Assembly: GCA_045603485.1 (NCBI GenBank)
Contig: JAZUMF010000105.1
Coordinates: forward strand, 1,903 to 65,902
Source: Kiritimatiellia bacterium
GTDB taxonomy: Bacteria; Verrucomicrobiota; Kiritimatiellia; RFP12; JAAYLN01
DNA: 64,000 nucleotides
Direction of reading: 5' to 3'
Made by a program: the position numbers and the translations under genes. This document shows positions 18,196 through 27,400 of the stretch, one piece after another. The notes beneath the pieces were generated by a model. That model searched no databases. It was not told the DNA's origin and saw nothing but the letters and a program-made list of their open reading frames with translations. Numbering within the stretch: the stretch's first letter is position 1; each line of letters starts with the position of its first letter.

Positions 18196-19233
18196 ATGTG
18201 CGTTCTTTGTGGATATATCAGCAAAGAGAAAAATGTTGCGCCAAAACTCCTTGACTATGGTGAAAGCATAGAAGGGCTTTGGAGCGGTTTTTATACTGGC
18301 GTAGGAGTACTGGGCGACGATGGAGTTATCCGTCATCGTAAAACCACCGGCTGCTCATCAGTTTGGCGTGAGCGGTTTTCGACTGAAGATTTGCCCGGCA
18401 AAACGGGCTTTTTTCATAGCCGTACAAATAGCGGCGGCGACACAAGATATGCCCATCCATTTGTATCATGCGATGGTACCACAATGCTTGTCGGGCAAGG
18501 GCATGCAGGATGCTTTGCCAAATATAATGACAAGATTGTTGATATAGCCAATAATCTTCTTGATGAAGGGGTTGTCTTTTCAAGTGCAGACCCTGACCTT
18601 GAACGCAAAAAGTATCAAGTTCTGAAAGATGGCTCACAGGTTCATGTGTCGGATATTGTTACCGAGTATGCAGCCTCGCTATATCGAAAATGCGGAGATC
18701 CTTTGGAGGCTGTCCGTAAAACGGCAACCGATATTCTCGAAGAGGCGATTTCTCTCTTTATTTTCCGTGATAAGCCAGGACATATATATGTTTCAAATAT
18801 GAATGCACGCCTGGCAATCCGCCGCATTCCTGATGGAATCTTTATGACAACCAGCCTGTTGCTCTTTGATAAAGTCTATGGCGAGTCGTTGGAGATGCCG
18901 TCAAATGCTGTTGCAGATATTTCATTGGATTCTGCAACCTTTAAGCCGCTAGTTGATAACCTAACTGTGGGAGCATTAGGGAATCCTAAACAGTTGTATC
19001 AAGATGTCTATGACTTTATAAAGTCAAATGACGGAGTTTCTTTGCCGCAAATAATGGATTCCGTTGTTAAAAAGCATTGTGCCGCAGACGATGTAGAGCC
19101 ACTTTTCTTGCAAGGACTACCGCATCAAATTGTTGAGCAAATGTATGCCGAAGGCATAATCAATTATGAAACAAAAAAGGTCCCTGGGCCATCGTGTTGT
19201 AGCTATCCTGGAGCCAGAACATTGTTCTATTAA
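18196..19233 (+). CDS. Class II (Ntn) glutamine amidotransferase-domain protein
   Basis: The internal start MCVLCGY places the Cys nucleophile directly after Met, as in GATase-2/Ntn hydrolases. The ORF-track start at 18169 is 9 codons upstream. Confidence 0.5.
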   Translation: MCVLCGYISKEKNVAPKLLDYGESIEGLWSGFYTGVGVLGDDGVIRHRKTTGCSSVWRERFSTEDLPGKTGFFHSRTNSGGDTRYAHPFVSCDGTTMLVGQGHAGCFAKYNDKIVDIANNLLDEGVVFSSADPDLERKKYQVLKDGSQVHVSDIVTEYAASLYRKCGDPLEAVRKTATDILEEAISLFIFRDKPGHIYVSNMNARLAIRRIPDGIFMTTSLLLFDKVYGESLEMPSNAVADISLDSATFKPLVDNLTVGALGNPKQLYQDVYDFIKSNDGVSLPQIMDSVVKKHCAADDVEPLFLQGLPHQIVEQMYAEGIINYETKKVPGPSCCSYPGARTLFY

Positions 19234-19289
19234 AAAAAAATGACCTTTCGCGAAAGCAAAAGGTCATTCTTTTCTTTATGAAAGAAGGC

Positions 19290-19469
19290 AATTACTTGCC
19301 GACAATGATACCATCGCCGTATATAGCACTCTCGAGAGAGATACCCATAAAGGTGCCATAATAAACATTGTTAGCGTTAGGACCTTTAGTAGGGGTGCGG
19401 AATGACACGCATCCGGTAGAAACTACTGCAATAGCAATTGCAACGGCAGCGATTAGAATTTTGCTCATC
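19290..19469 (-). CDS. Small lipoprotein (59 aa, TRL-like?), below the ORF-track size cut-off
   Basis: Manual translation gives MSKILIAAVAIAIAVVSTGCVSFRTPTKGPNANNVYYGTFMGISLESAIYGDGIIVGK, a signal peptide plus lipobox-like STGC. Confidence 0.4.
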
Positions 19470-19738
19470 GTAATCTCCTTTTTATATATCAGGATACGAA
19501 ATCAGTTCCATTAAAGATTCGGAACACGCATTCCAATAGAAATCTTTATAAAACCAAATTCGTCTATAGTTTATATTTAGCATAAAGTTTTTGTCAAGTG
19601 ATAATTTCGCATTGTATTGCTACGAATAGCTTTTTTTGCTAATATGCCTTCTCAAGTGACAGGCCTTGCATAAACAATATTGCCAAATACCCCACTTTTT
19701 GGTAATATATTTACTTAAGGGACAGGCATCCAAAACAA

Positions 19739-20455
19739 CAAGGAAAACCAAGAGTCAAGAATATAGTCGAAAGCTACTACCATATAGTAAGCAGATGTAT
19801 CTTCAGTCAGTTTTTGCTGGGGGATACGGATAAAGACATGTTCGTCAAGATGATGCGTACAATAGCCTATTTCAGTGGAATAGATATACTCAACTATTGC
19901 GTGATGGACAACCACTTTCATCTCCTCGTTCATGTACCTGAGCCATCAAAGCCTACAGAAGCACTATTACTAAAACGCATATCCGCACTCTACGGTAGAC
20001 TCCACGCAGCTGACCTTAAGAGCCGCTGGTATGAACTAAAGAAGCAAAACCGACCAGATATTGTCGAAGAAGAGCAGGCGGCATTCATTCGCCGCATGGG
20101 AGATATAACACCATTTATGCAGTGCCTAAAGCAACGCTACTCAGCCTGGTACCGCGCAAGACACGACTACAAACAAGGCACAATGTGGGAAGGTCGTTTC
20201 CGCAGCACACTAGTAGAAGGCACCTCAGAAACCCTCTCCTCAATCTCAGCCTACATCGACCTAAATCCCGTCCGCGCAGGCATAGTAGACGACCCCAAAG
20301 ACTACAAATGGGCAGGCTTTGCCAATGCGCTGAAAGGCGATAGCAAATCAATGGAAGGCATAGCAAAGATGTATGACAAAACAGCTAGTGACACATCCTT
20401 TGCAGATTTGGCGAAAGAATATCGTCTAAAGAAGTCGGAGGCCAAGCGGTCTTAG
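19739..20455 (+). pseudogene. RAYT/IS200-like transposase, degenerate copy (ATG replaced by CAA; 3'-truncated at 20430)
   Basis: It aligns codon-for-codon with the intact copy, but the start is CAA GGA instead of ATG AGA. After ...EYRLK the frame runs into the inverted 3' flank of copy 2, giving KSEAKRS*. Confidence 0.6.
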
Positions 20456-20485
20456 GAAGACAACATTCACACACAACTCCTTGGC

Positions 20486-21343
20486 TCACAGAACGACATG
20501 GCTACGATCCGACTTTGAGCCTATGATGGCGCCGTGTGTGAAGTGGCGTATTTTGCAGCGAAGTATTACCGATAACGGTAACTCGCCTTTTTCATCTATT
20601 ACTTCTTGTACCTTTTCTGGCTCTATTGCATCGGAGCCGCGTACATAGAGTTTTAGACGATATTCTTTTGCCAAATCTGCAAAGGATGTGTCTTTAGCTG
20701 TTTTGTCATACATCTTTGCTATGCCTTCCATTGATTTGCTATCGCCTTTCAGCGCATTGGCAAAGCCTGCCCATTTGTAGTCTTTGGGGTCATCTACTAT
20801 GCCTGCGCGTACGGGATTTAGGTCGATGTAGGCTGAGATTGAGGAGAGTGTTTCTGAGGTGCCTTCTACTAGGGTGCTACGGAAGCGCCCTTCCCACATT
20901 GTACCTTGCTTGTAGTCGTGTCTTGCGCGGTACCAGGCTGAGTAGCGTTGCTTTAGGCACTGCATAAATGGTGTTATATCTCCCATGCGGCGAATGAATG
21001 CGGCCTGTTCTTCTTCGACAATATCGGGGCGATTTTGCTTCTTTAGCTCATACCAGCGGCTTTTAAGGTCAGCTGCGTGGAGTCTTCCATAGAGTGCCGA
21101 TATGCGTTTTAGTAATAGTGCCTCTGTGGGCTTTGATGGCTCTGGTACATGAACGAGGAGATGGAAGTGGTTATCCATTACGCAATAGTTGAGTATATCT
21201 ATTCCGCTGAAATATGCTATTGTACGCATCATCTTGACGAACATCTCTTTATCTGTATCCCCCAGCAAAAACTGACTGAAGATACATCTGCTTACTATAT
21301 GGTAGTAGCTTTCGCCTGCGTTCTTGACTCTTGGTTTTCTCAT
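20486..21343 (-). CDS. IS200/IS605-like Y1 (HUH) transposase, RAYT-like, with C-terminal extension
   Basis: 285 aa with HUH motif HFHLLVH at ~aa 60 and Tyr-containing YSAWYRARHDY at ~aa 135, then a ~135-aa C-terminal extension. Confidence 0.7.
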   Translation of the reverse strand: MRKPRVKNAGESYYHIVSRCIFSQFLLGDTDKEMFVKMMRTIAYFSGIDILNYCVMDNHFHLLVHVPEPSKPTEALLLKRISALYGRLHAADLKSRWYELKKQNRPDIVEEEQAAFIRRMGDITPFMQCLKQRYSAWYRARHDYKQGTMWEGRFRSTLVEGTSETLSSISAYIDLNPVRAGIVDDPKDYKWAGFANALKGDSKSMEGIAKMYDKTAKDTSFADLAKEYRLKLYVRGSDAIEPEKVQEVIDEKGELPLSVILRCKIRHFTHGAIIGSKSDRSHVVL

Positions 21344-21560
21344 TGTTGTCTCCTTGTGGTGAATGTGGCAGACTTTGGGTCTGTCCCTCGGTCAAATATA
21401 TTACCAAAAAAGAAGATGCTTGGCAATAATTTTGTATAGCACTTTCTCGGATGCCTGTCCCCTAGGCAGATATATTACCAAAAAGTGGGATATTTGGCAA
21501 TATTGTTTATATAAGGCCTGTCCCTCAGTAAAGATGTTAGCAAAAAAGGCGGAGCGAATT
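21344..21560. repeat. Three tandem ~60-bp REP-like units upstream of the intact RAYT gene
   Basis: (G)TCTGTCCCTCGG-TCAAATATATTACCAAAAAAGAAGATGCTTGGCAATAATTTTGTAT is followed by GATGCCTGTCCCCTAGGCAGATATATTACCAAAAAGTGGGATATTTGGCAATATTGTTTAT and then AAGGCCTGTCCCTCAGTAAAGATGTTAGCAAAAAAGGCGGAGCGAATTGGCAACATTAATGTG. Confidence 0.75.
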
Positions 21561-21620
21561 GGCAACATTAATGTGGTTTTGATATAATACTCACCATCTT
21601 GACTTTTTGAAAGGACTGCT

Positions 21621-22973
21621 ATGAAACTCAATCTTAACTTTGACAATGTTATTGGAAAAATCAAGCCTATGCATGCCGTCGGGCAGCCTCCCTTTACCGG
21701 GGGATTCCAGTCTTTGAATTTTAAACCGATACAGATATTGAAGGATGCCCATGTCCCATATTCTAGGCTTCACGATGTTGGCGGTGCCTTTGGAGGAAAT
21801 CGTTTCGTTGACATACCAAATATCTTTAGGGATTTTGATGCCGATGAAAACGACCCTGCATCTTATGATTTTGCATTTACCGATGTCCTTATCAAGGCGA
21901 TGATGGAATATGATGTACCGCCATATTTCAGATTGGGCGTTACTATTGAAAATCAAAGCTTTGTTAGGGCTTACCGTATCCACCCTCCAAAGGATTATGG
22001 CAAGTGGGCAAGAATTTGCGAGCACATTGTCCGCCACTATAATGAGGGATGGGCTGACGGCTTCCACTTTGGAATTAAGTATTGGGAGATTTGGAATGAG
22101 CCTGAGAATCGTGAAATTCCAAAATTAAATCAATTGTGGACTGGTACCGCCGAGCAGTATTATGAGCTTTACGATGTTGCCGCCAAGCATTTGAAGAATT
22201 GCTTTGGCGACAAGATTAAGGTCGGCGGATATGGCGCTTGCGGTTTCTATGGCATATTCGGCGACCCTGAGAAGTATGGCCTTAATGTCGAGAGGAGAAC
22301 CGAGGAGCGTTACAATAGCGCCAAGGAGGACTATCGTATAAACTTCTTCTTGGGCTTCATGGAATATCTAAAGGCGCACAACACTCCGATCGACTTTTTC
22401 TCATGGCATACATACGGCACAATTGATGTTATCTTGGTTGAGGCTGATTTTGTTGATAACACCTTGAATAAATATGGTTTTGGGAATATTGAGACACATC
22501 TTAACGAGTGGAACCTATCCCACGACCGCAATAAGAATAAGGGCACATCATTTGCGTCATCAAATGTAATGGCGACTATGATCGGTATGCAGTACAAGAA
22601 GACCGACATGCTGATGTATTATGATTCACGATTCGCCGCAATCAGCGCTTACGCTGGCTTGTACGATGTTACAACGCTTGAGCCCTCCTGCGTTTATTAT
22701 TCACTTAAAGCCTTTGGCGAGTTATATACCTTGGAAAACCAGGTTGAATGCGCTCTTGGCAAGGATGGGGTATTCGCCGTTGCCGCTAAAAACGGCGACA
22801 AGGAGATGGTAATCCTATCAAATCTTGAGGATGACATCGTCATTGAAACCGAGCTTTCCCAAGATTTCAGCGCATACTTGATTGATAAGGACAACTTTAT
22901 CGTCAAGACCGATTTAAATCCTAAGGAATTCACTCTTAGGAAGAATGATGTCATTGTCTTGAAGAACTACTAA
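21621..22973 (+). CDS. Clan GH-A glycoside hydrolase (GH39/GH30-like)
   Basis: 450 aa with a (beta/alpha)8-type pattern and YWEIWNEPEN (the acid/base Glu in an NEP motif). Confidence 0.55.
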   Translation: MKLNLNFDNVIGKIKPMHAVGQPPFTGGFQSLNFKPIQILKDAHVPYSRLHDVGGAFGGNRFVDIPNIFRDFDADENDPASYDFAFTDVLIKAMMEYDVPPYFRLGVTIENQSFVRAYRIHPPKDYGKWARICEHIVRHYNEGWADGFHFGIKYWEIWNEPENREIPKLNQLWTGTAEQYYELYDVAAKHLKNCFGDKIKVGGYGACGFYGIFGDPEKYGLNVERRTEERYNSAKEDYRINFFLGFMEYLKAHNTPIDFFSWHTYGTIDVILVEADFVDNTLNKYGFGNIETHLNEWNLSHDRNKNKGTSFASSNVMATMIGMQYKKTDMLMYYDSRFAAISAYAGLYDVTTLEPSCVYYSLKAFGELYTLENQVECALGKDGVFAVAAKNGDKEMVILSNLEDDIVIETELSQDFSAYLIDKDNFIVKTDLNPKEFTLRKNDVIVLKNY

Positions 22974-22989
22974 TCAATAGGATTGTAAG

Positions 22990-23919
22990 ATGCACTCAAT
23001 ACTAAGGTTTATAGCAGTCATCGTGCTGTCCGCGTTTGCTTTTATAGCTTCTGCGGCTCAAAAGAACGACGAAGCGCTCAAGGTTCTTGCAATCGGGAAC
23101 TCATTCTCTGTTTGCGTTCTTAAGGAGATGCCGAAGATTGCGACCGACCTTGGATGCAAGCTTGACTTTTGCTCAATGTATATCGGCGGTTGCACACTTG
23201 GCAAGCATGCCGGTAATTTGAATAAGACAAATGCCTCGCCTTATTCGATTACATGGAGCTATGTTTCATGTGAACATGGCTCTGAGCCTTTCAAGGATGC
23301 CTTGACCGAAGCAAATGGGAAATATTACAGCAATATTGTGAAGATGCTCAAGGCTGACAAGTGGAATGTTGTCACGATTCAGCAAGGCAGCCATCAAAGT
23401 TGGAGGCCTGGCAGCTACGAGCCCCACGGTACAATGCTTATCAACGCAATCAAAAAGCACGCGCCTCAGGCAAAGATATATGTTCAGCAGACCTGGTCCT
23501 ATACCCCTTGGGATAACCGCCTTAAAAAATGGGGTATAGATCAGAATCAAATGTTTGATGGTATCGAAAAGGCTTACGGGGAGTTCGCAAAATCCCATGG
23601 TCTTGACTTGATTCTAACGGGCAAGGCTATTCAGCTTTTCCGGAAGGAATTGCCTGTCAAATATACCGAAAACTCAAATGCTGACGATGTCGTCGGCGTG
23701 AACAAATTCAAGAAATTTGAAAATGGCAAGTATTGGATTAGTGGCGATCCCTTTCACCTCAACAAGAAGGGTGTCTACTTCCAAGCTCTGGTTTGGACAG
23801 CAAAGCTTTTTGGTGCGGATGTCACCAAATGCAACTATGTTCCAGAACACCTTAAAAAGACGCCAGAAACTGTTGAGCTGATGAAGAAAATCGCTTGCGA
23901 AGTTGCAAAGCAAAAGTAG
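22990..23919 (+). CDS. Secreted SGNH/GDSL-like hydrolase (DUF4886-like)
   Basis: Signal peptide, then LKVLAIGNSFS (GDS(L)-type block I) and a later DPFHLNKKG block. Confidence 0.6.
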   Translation: MHSILRFIAVIVLSAFAFIASAAQKNDEALKVLAIGNSFSVCVLKEMPKIATDLGCKLDFCSMYIGGCTLGKHAGNLNKTNASPYSITWSYVSCEHGSEPFKDALTEANGKYYSNIVKMLKADKWNVVTIQQGSHQSWRPGSYEPHGTMLINAIKKHAPQAKIYVQQTWSYTPWDNRLKKWGIDQNQMFDGIEKAYGEFAKSHGLDLILTGKAIQLFRKELPVKYTENSNADDVVGVNKFKKFENGKYWISGDPFHLNKKGVYFQALVWTAKLFGADVTKCNYVPEHLKKTPETVELMKKIACEVAKQK

Positions 23920-23976
23920 TTCCTGAAAGGTCAAAATACCATTTCCAGAGGAATTTCTTCTTCCTGCTCTTTAGAA

Positions 23977-24016
23977 AACCGCTTTTCGTAATCTGTTATT
24001 CAATTACGAAGAGCGG
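23977..24016 (-). terminator. Hairpin overlapping the stop codon of the OadA-like gene, followed by U-run on the minus transcript
   Basis: AACCGCTTTTCGTAAT / ATTACGAAGAGCGGTT form an inverted repeat (one mismatch, 10-nt loop). The minus strand reads ...GGUUUUCUAA after the stem. Confidence 0.45.
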
Positions 24017-25684
24017 TTGTCCTTTAGATACCGAAGCACCTTGCTCTACGAGGAACTTTACGACCTTGCAATCGCGAGGAACCGACACATTATTGAGCAG
24101 CTTCATAGCCTCGACCGCGCAAACAGTATCGCCTTCTTTGCAAGTGGCTCCCTCTTCAATCCAGTTTGGCTTATCATTTGCCGGGCGGCGATAGAAGGTT
24201 CCAGCGAGAGGCGAGCAGACGGTATTTTCGTCTGTGGCTGGTTGAGAGGCTGGCTCTTGAACGGCAGGTTTCTCTGCGATGGTTGCGGACTGGCTCTGCC
24301 GGCGCATCTCCAAATCTGCCGGGATTGGAGCTCGAGATGCTTTCGGTGCTGCACGCCATTTGAAATAATCCAACGCGACCTCGGGGAAGAGACAGTATGA
24401 AAGGATGTCTTCTTCTGCCTTGATATACTTTGAATCAAGCGCAGCCGCTGCCAAGGGCAAGCCCGGCTCAAGAGAATCTGCCGGGCGGCGATCTATGCGC
24501 TTGCCGTCTGGCAAAATCTTTTCAACGACTTCCGCTTTGACAGGCGCTGGCGAGCGGCCATACAAGCCGCGCACATAATTGCGCGTCTCTTCGGTCACCA
24601 TACCATAACGCTCGCCCTTGAGAACATTGAGAACGGCCTGAATTCCGATAATCTGGCTCGTAGGCGTGACGAGCGGAGGATAGCCCATATCTTCGCGGAC
24701 GCGGGGAAGCTCTTCAAGAACTTCATCTAGACGGTCAAGAGCATTCTGCCCCTGAAGCTGAGAGCGAAGGTTTGAAATCATTCCACCCGGAATATGGTGA
24801 ATCAGGACACCGGCATCGACAAAATCGGGAGATGCGCTTGCAGGCTCGCGAAGAGGACGGAGCTTTTTGAAATGAAGGGATATTTTGCGAATGGCATCCA
24901 AATCAAGTCCCGTATCAAAGCCTGATGACTTGAGAATAGCGTCCATTGTCTCGACCGGTGGCTGACTTGAGACACCTGAAAGAGACGAGACGGAGCAATC
25001 TACCGCACCGGCACCGGCTTCAGCCGCTGCAAGATATGCCGCAACTGCCATGCCGCTTGTCATGTGAGAGTGGACCTGCAGCGGAATAGAGACCTTTGCT
25101 GAAATTGCCTTGACGAGACGAGAGGCTTCGGCTGGGGTCAGAATTCCAGCCATATCCTTGATACAGATTGAATCGGCTCCAAGCTGCTCGAGCTCGCCCG
25201 CCAAACGAACATACATTTCTTCAGTATGAACTGGGCTAAAGGTATAACTTAGCGTTCCTTGGGCATGGGCGCCGACAGACTTTACCGTCTTGATCGCACA
25301 CTCGAGGTTACGGGTGTCATTAAGGGCGTCAAAGATACGGAAAATATCAATACCGTTCTTTGCCGCAAGCTCAATGAAGCGACGAAGAACATCATCGGGG
25401 TAATTTTTATAGCCGAGGATATTCTGACCACGAAGAAGCATTTGCAAGGGCGTCTTCGCATGAGACTTAATGAGGCGTAGGCGCTCCCATGGGTCTTCAC
25501 GCAAAAAGCGTAGGCAGACATCAAAGGTTGCTCCGCCCCAGCACTCTAGCGAATAGTATCCTGCCGTATCAACGGTATCGACTATCGACAAGATATCCTC
25601 TGTGCGCATACGGGTTGCCCAAAGTGACTGATGCGCATCGCGAAGAGTTGTATCGGTAATTCTGATTAAAGGCTTATTCTTCAT
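23996..25684 (-). CDS. Biotin-dependent carboxyltransferase 5S-type subunit with fused biotinyl (BCCP) domain (OadA / PycB / transcarboxylase-5S family)
   Basis: N-terminal TIM-barrel ITDTTLRDAHQS (HMGL-like) and a C-terminal biotinyl domain with ...CAVEAMKLLN... (AMK biotin attachment motif). Confidence 0.8.
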   Translation of the reverse strand: MKNKPLIRITDTTLRDAHQSLWATRMRTEDILSIVDTVDTAGYYSLECWGGATFDVCLRFLREDPWERLRLIKSHAKTPLQMLLRGQNILGYKNYPDDVLRRFIELAAKNGIDIFRIFDALNDTRNLECAIKTVKSVGAHAQGTLSYTFSPVHTEEMYVRLAGELEQLGADSICIKDMAGILTPAEASRLVKAISAKVSIPLQVHSHMTSGMAVAAYLAAAEAGAGAVDCSVSSLSGVSSQPPVETMDAILKSSGFDTGLDLDAIRKISLHFKKLRPLREPASASPDFVDAGVLIHHIPGGMISNLRSQLQGQNALDRLDEVLEELPRVREDMGYPPLVTPTSQIIGIQAVLNVLKGERYGMVTEETRNYVRGLYGRSPAPVKAEVVEKILPDGKRIDRRPADSLEPGLPLAAAALDSKYIKAEEDILSYCLFPEVALDYFKWRAAPKASRAPIPADLEMRRQSQSATIAEKPAVQEPASQPATDENTVCSPLAGTFYRRPANDKPNWIEEGATCKEGDTVCAVEAMKLLNNVSVPRDCKVVKFLVEQGASVSKGQPLFVIE

Positions 25685-25699
25685 CGGAGACCTCTCTGA

Positions 25700-27376
25700 C
25701 TACTGGAATTGGCGACCCATCTCAACAAACTTTGCATATCTGCGAGCGACAAGCTCTTCGGCTTCAAGCTGCTCGAGCTCGCCAAGCGCGCCTGAAACAG
25801 CACTGCGTAAGAACTCTGCGGCTCCCTTTGGATCTGCCTGTGCGCCACCTTGTGGCTCTGGAACGATACCGTCTATCATACCGAGCTTGAGGAGCTCAGG
25901 GGCTGTAACCTTGAGTGCCTTTGCGGCCTCGGGAGCCTTCTTGCCATCCTTCCAAAGAATTGCAGCGCAGCCCTCGGGAGAGATTACCGAGTAAACGGCA
26001 TTCTCAAGCATCAGGACGCGATCACCCTCAGCAATACCGATAGCGCCACCGCTACCGCCCTCACCCGTCACAACGGCGATAAATGGCGTACGGAGGCGTG
26101 CCATTACACACAGGTTACGACCAATAGCCTCGGCCTGACCGCGCGCCTCGGCCTCAAGGCCTGGATAAGCTCCCGCCGTATCGACCAAGCTGACAACCGG
26201 CAATCCCCATGCTTCCGCAAGCTTCATAAGGCGCATTGCCTTGCGGTAGCCCTCTGGATTAGCCATACCAAAATTGCAATCGATATTTTCTTCAGCATTG
26301 CGACCCTTTTGGTGGCCGATTAACATAACCTTATAGCCGCCAATCTCGGCAAGTCCGCCAATCAATGCCCTATCATCGCGGCATTGACGGTCGCCGTGCA
26401 GTTCAACAAATGAATCAAAGGCATTTGCGATATAGTCGCGGATAGTGGGGCGAGCGGGATCGCGGGCAAATTGAACCGTCTTCCATGGGTCTGCAGCCTC
26501 CCACGCATCCTTGCTAGGCAAAGGCGCAATAGCCGTCGGCTTCTGATTGGGATGGGCAAACGACAAAACATTCGCGAGCCAATCGCGAAGCTCACTGCGG
26601 CGAACAATCGCATCGATAAAACCGTGCTCAAGCATATATTCAGCCGTCTGGAAATCATCGGGCAATGCCTGTTTAATCGTATTCTCAATCACACGGCGAC
26701 CGGCAAAGCCCACAAGCGCACGAGGCTCGGCGACGACGATATCGGCAGTCAGCGCAAAGGAAGCCGAGACTCCACCAGTCGTAGGGTCGGTCAAAACAGA
26801 AATATAAGGAAGCCCCATCTCTTGCAAGCGGGCGATAGCGGCACAAGTACGAGCCATCTGCATCAAGGAAACCACGCCCTCCTGCATACGGGCTCCACCT
26901 GACGCGCAAAAGATAACCAAAGGCAAATGCTCGGCAATGGCTCGCTCGGCGGCAAGAACAATCTTCTCTCCTGCGCCGCTGCTGAGAGAGCCGCCAAAAA
27001 AGCGGAAGTCCATTACGCAGACAACGCATTTACTTCCCTTAATCGTCGCCACACCGGATAAAACCGATTCCTTCAGGCCGGTTTTAGCTGCTGTAGCCAT
27101 TGCCTTATCACGGTAACTACCGCTGGCATCAGCAAAATTCAAAGGATCTGAAATGGAGATATCGCTGTCAATCTCAATGAAACCATCCTCATCGACAAGC
27201 TGGGCAATGCGGGCGCGGCATGAAAGCCTTGCAGGGGCTCCGCATTGTGGGCAGACATCGACACCTTTTGGAAATTGTTCACGGGGATAATGCCTGTTAC
27301 ACTTCGGGCAGACAGCCCAAAGCTCATTTGCGTCTCTTAGATTCAAGATACGCTCTGAATTATCAACCCAAGCCAT
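25700..27376 (-). CDS. accDA: Acetyl-CoA carboxylase carboxyltransferase, fused beta-alpha (AccD-AccA)
   Basis: 558 aa. It has the AccD N-terminal zinc ribbon CPKCNRH...CPQCGAP, then the beta-subunit core, followed by the AccA core (...AGAYPGLEAEARGQAEAIGRNL...). Confidence 0.85.
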   Translation of the reverse strand: MAWVDNSERILNLRDANELWAVCPKCNRHYPREQFPKGVDVCPQCGAPARLSCRARIAQLVDEDGFIEIDSDISISDPLNFADASGSYRDKAMATAAKTGLKESVLSGVATIKGSKCVVCVMDFRFFGGSLSSGAGEKIVLAAERAIAEHLPLVIFCASGGARMQEGVVSLMQMARTCAAIARLQEMGLPYISVLTDPTTGGVSASFALTADIVVAEPRALVGFAGRRVIENTIKQALPDDFQTAEYMLEHGFIDAIVRRSELRDWLANVLSFAHPNQKPTAIAPLPSKDAWEAADPWKTVQFARDPARPTIRDYIANAFDSFVELHGDRQCRDDRALIGGLAEIGGYKVMLIGHQKGRNAEENIDCNFGMANPEGYRKAMRLMKLAEAWGLPVVSLVDTAGAYPGLEAEARGQAEAIGRNLCVMARLRTPFIAVVTGEGGSGGAIGIAEGDRVLMLENAVYSVISPEGCAAILWKDGKKAPEAAKALKVTAPELLKLGMIDGIVPEPQGGAQADPKGAAEFLRSAVSGALGELEQLEAEELVARRYAKFVEMGRQFQ

Positions 27377-27400
27377 AAAATACCTCCACTGGCGGAATAG

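Larger units (their letters stand above)
19657..21533. mobile_element. Inverted pair of IS200-like Y1/HUH (RAYT-like) transposase genes with REP-like flanks
   Basis: The arms 19657-20430 and 20652-21533 are reverse complements at ~95% identity. Flanks carry GGCCTGTCCC / ATATATTACCAAAAAGTGGG-ATTTGGCAATATTG boxes. Confidence 0.7.
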
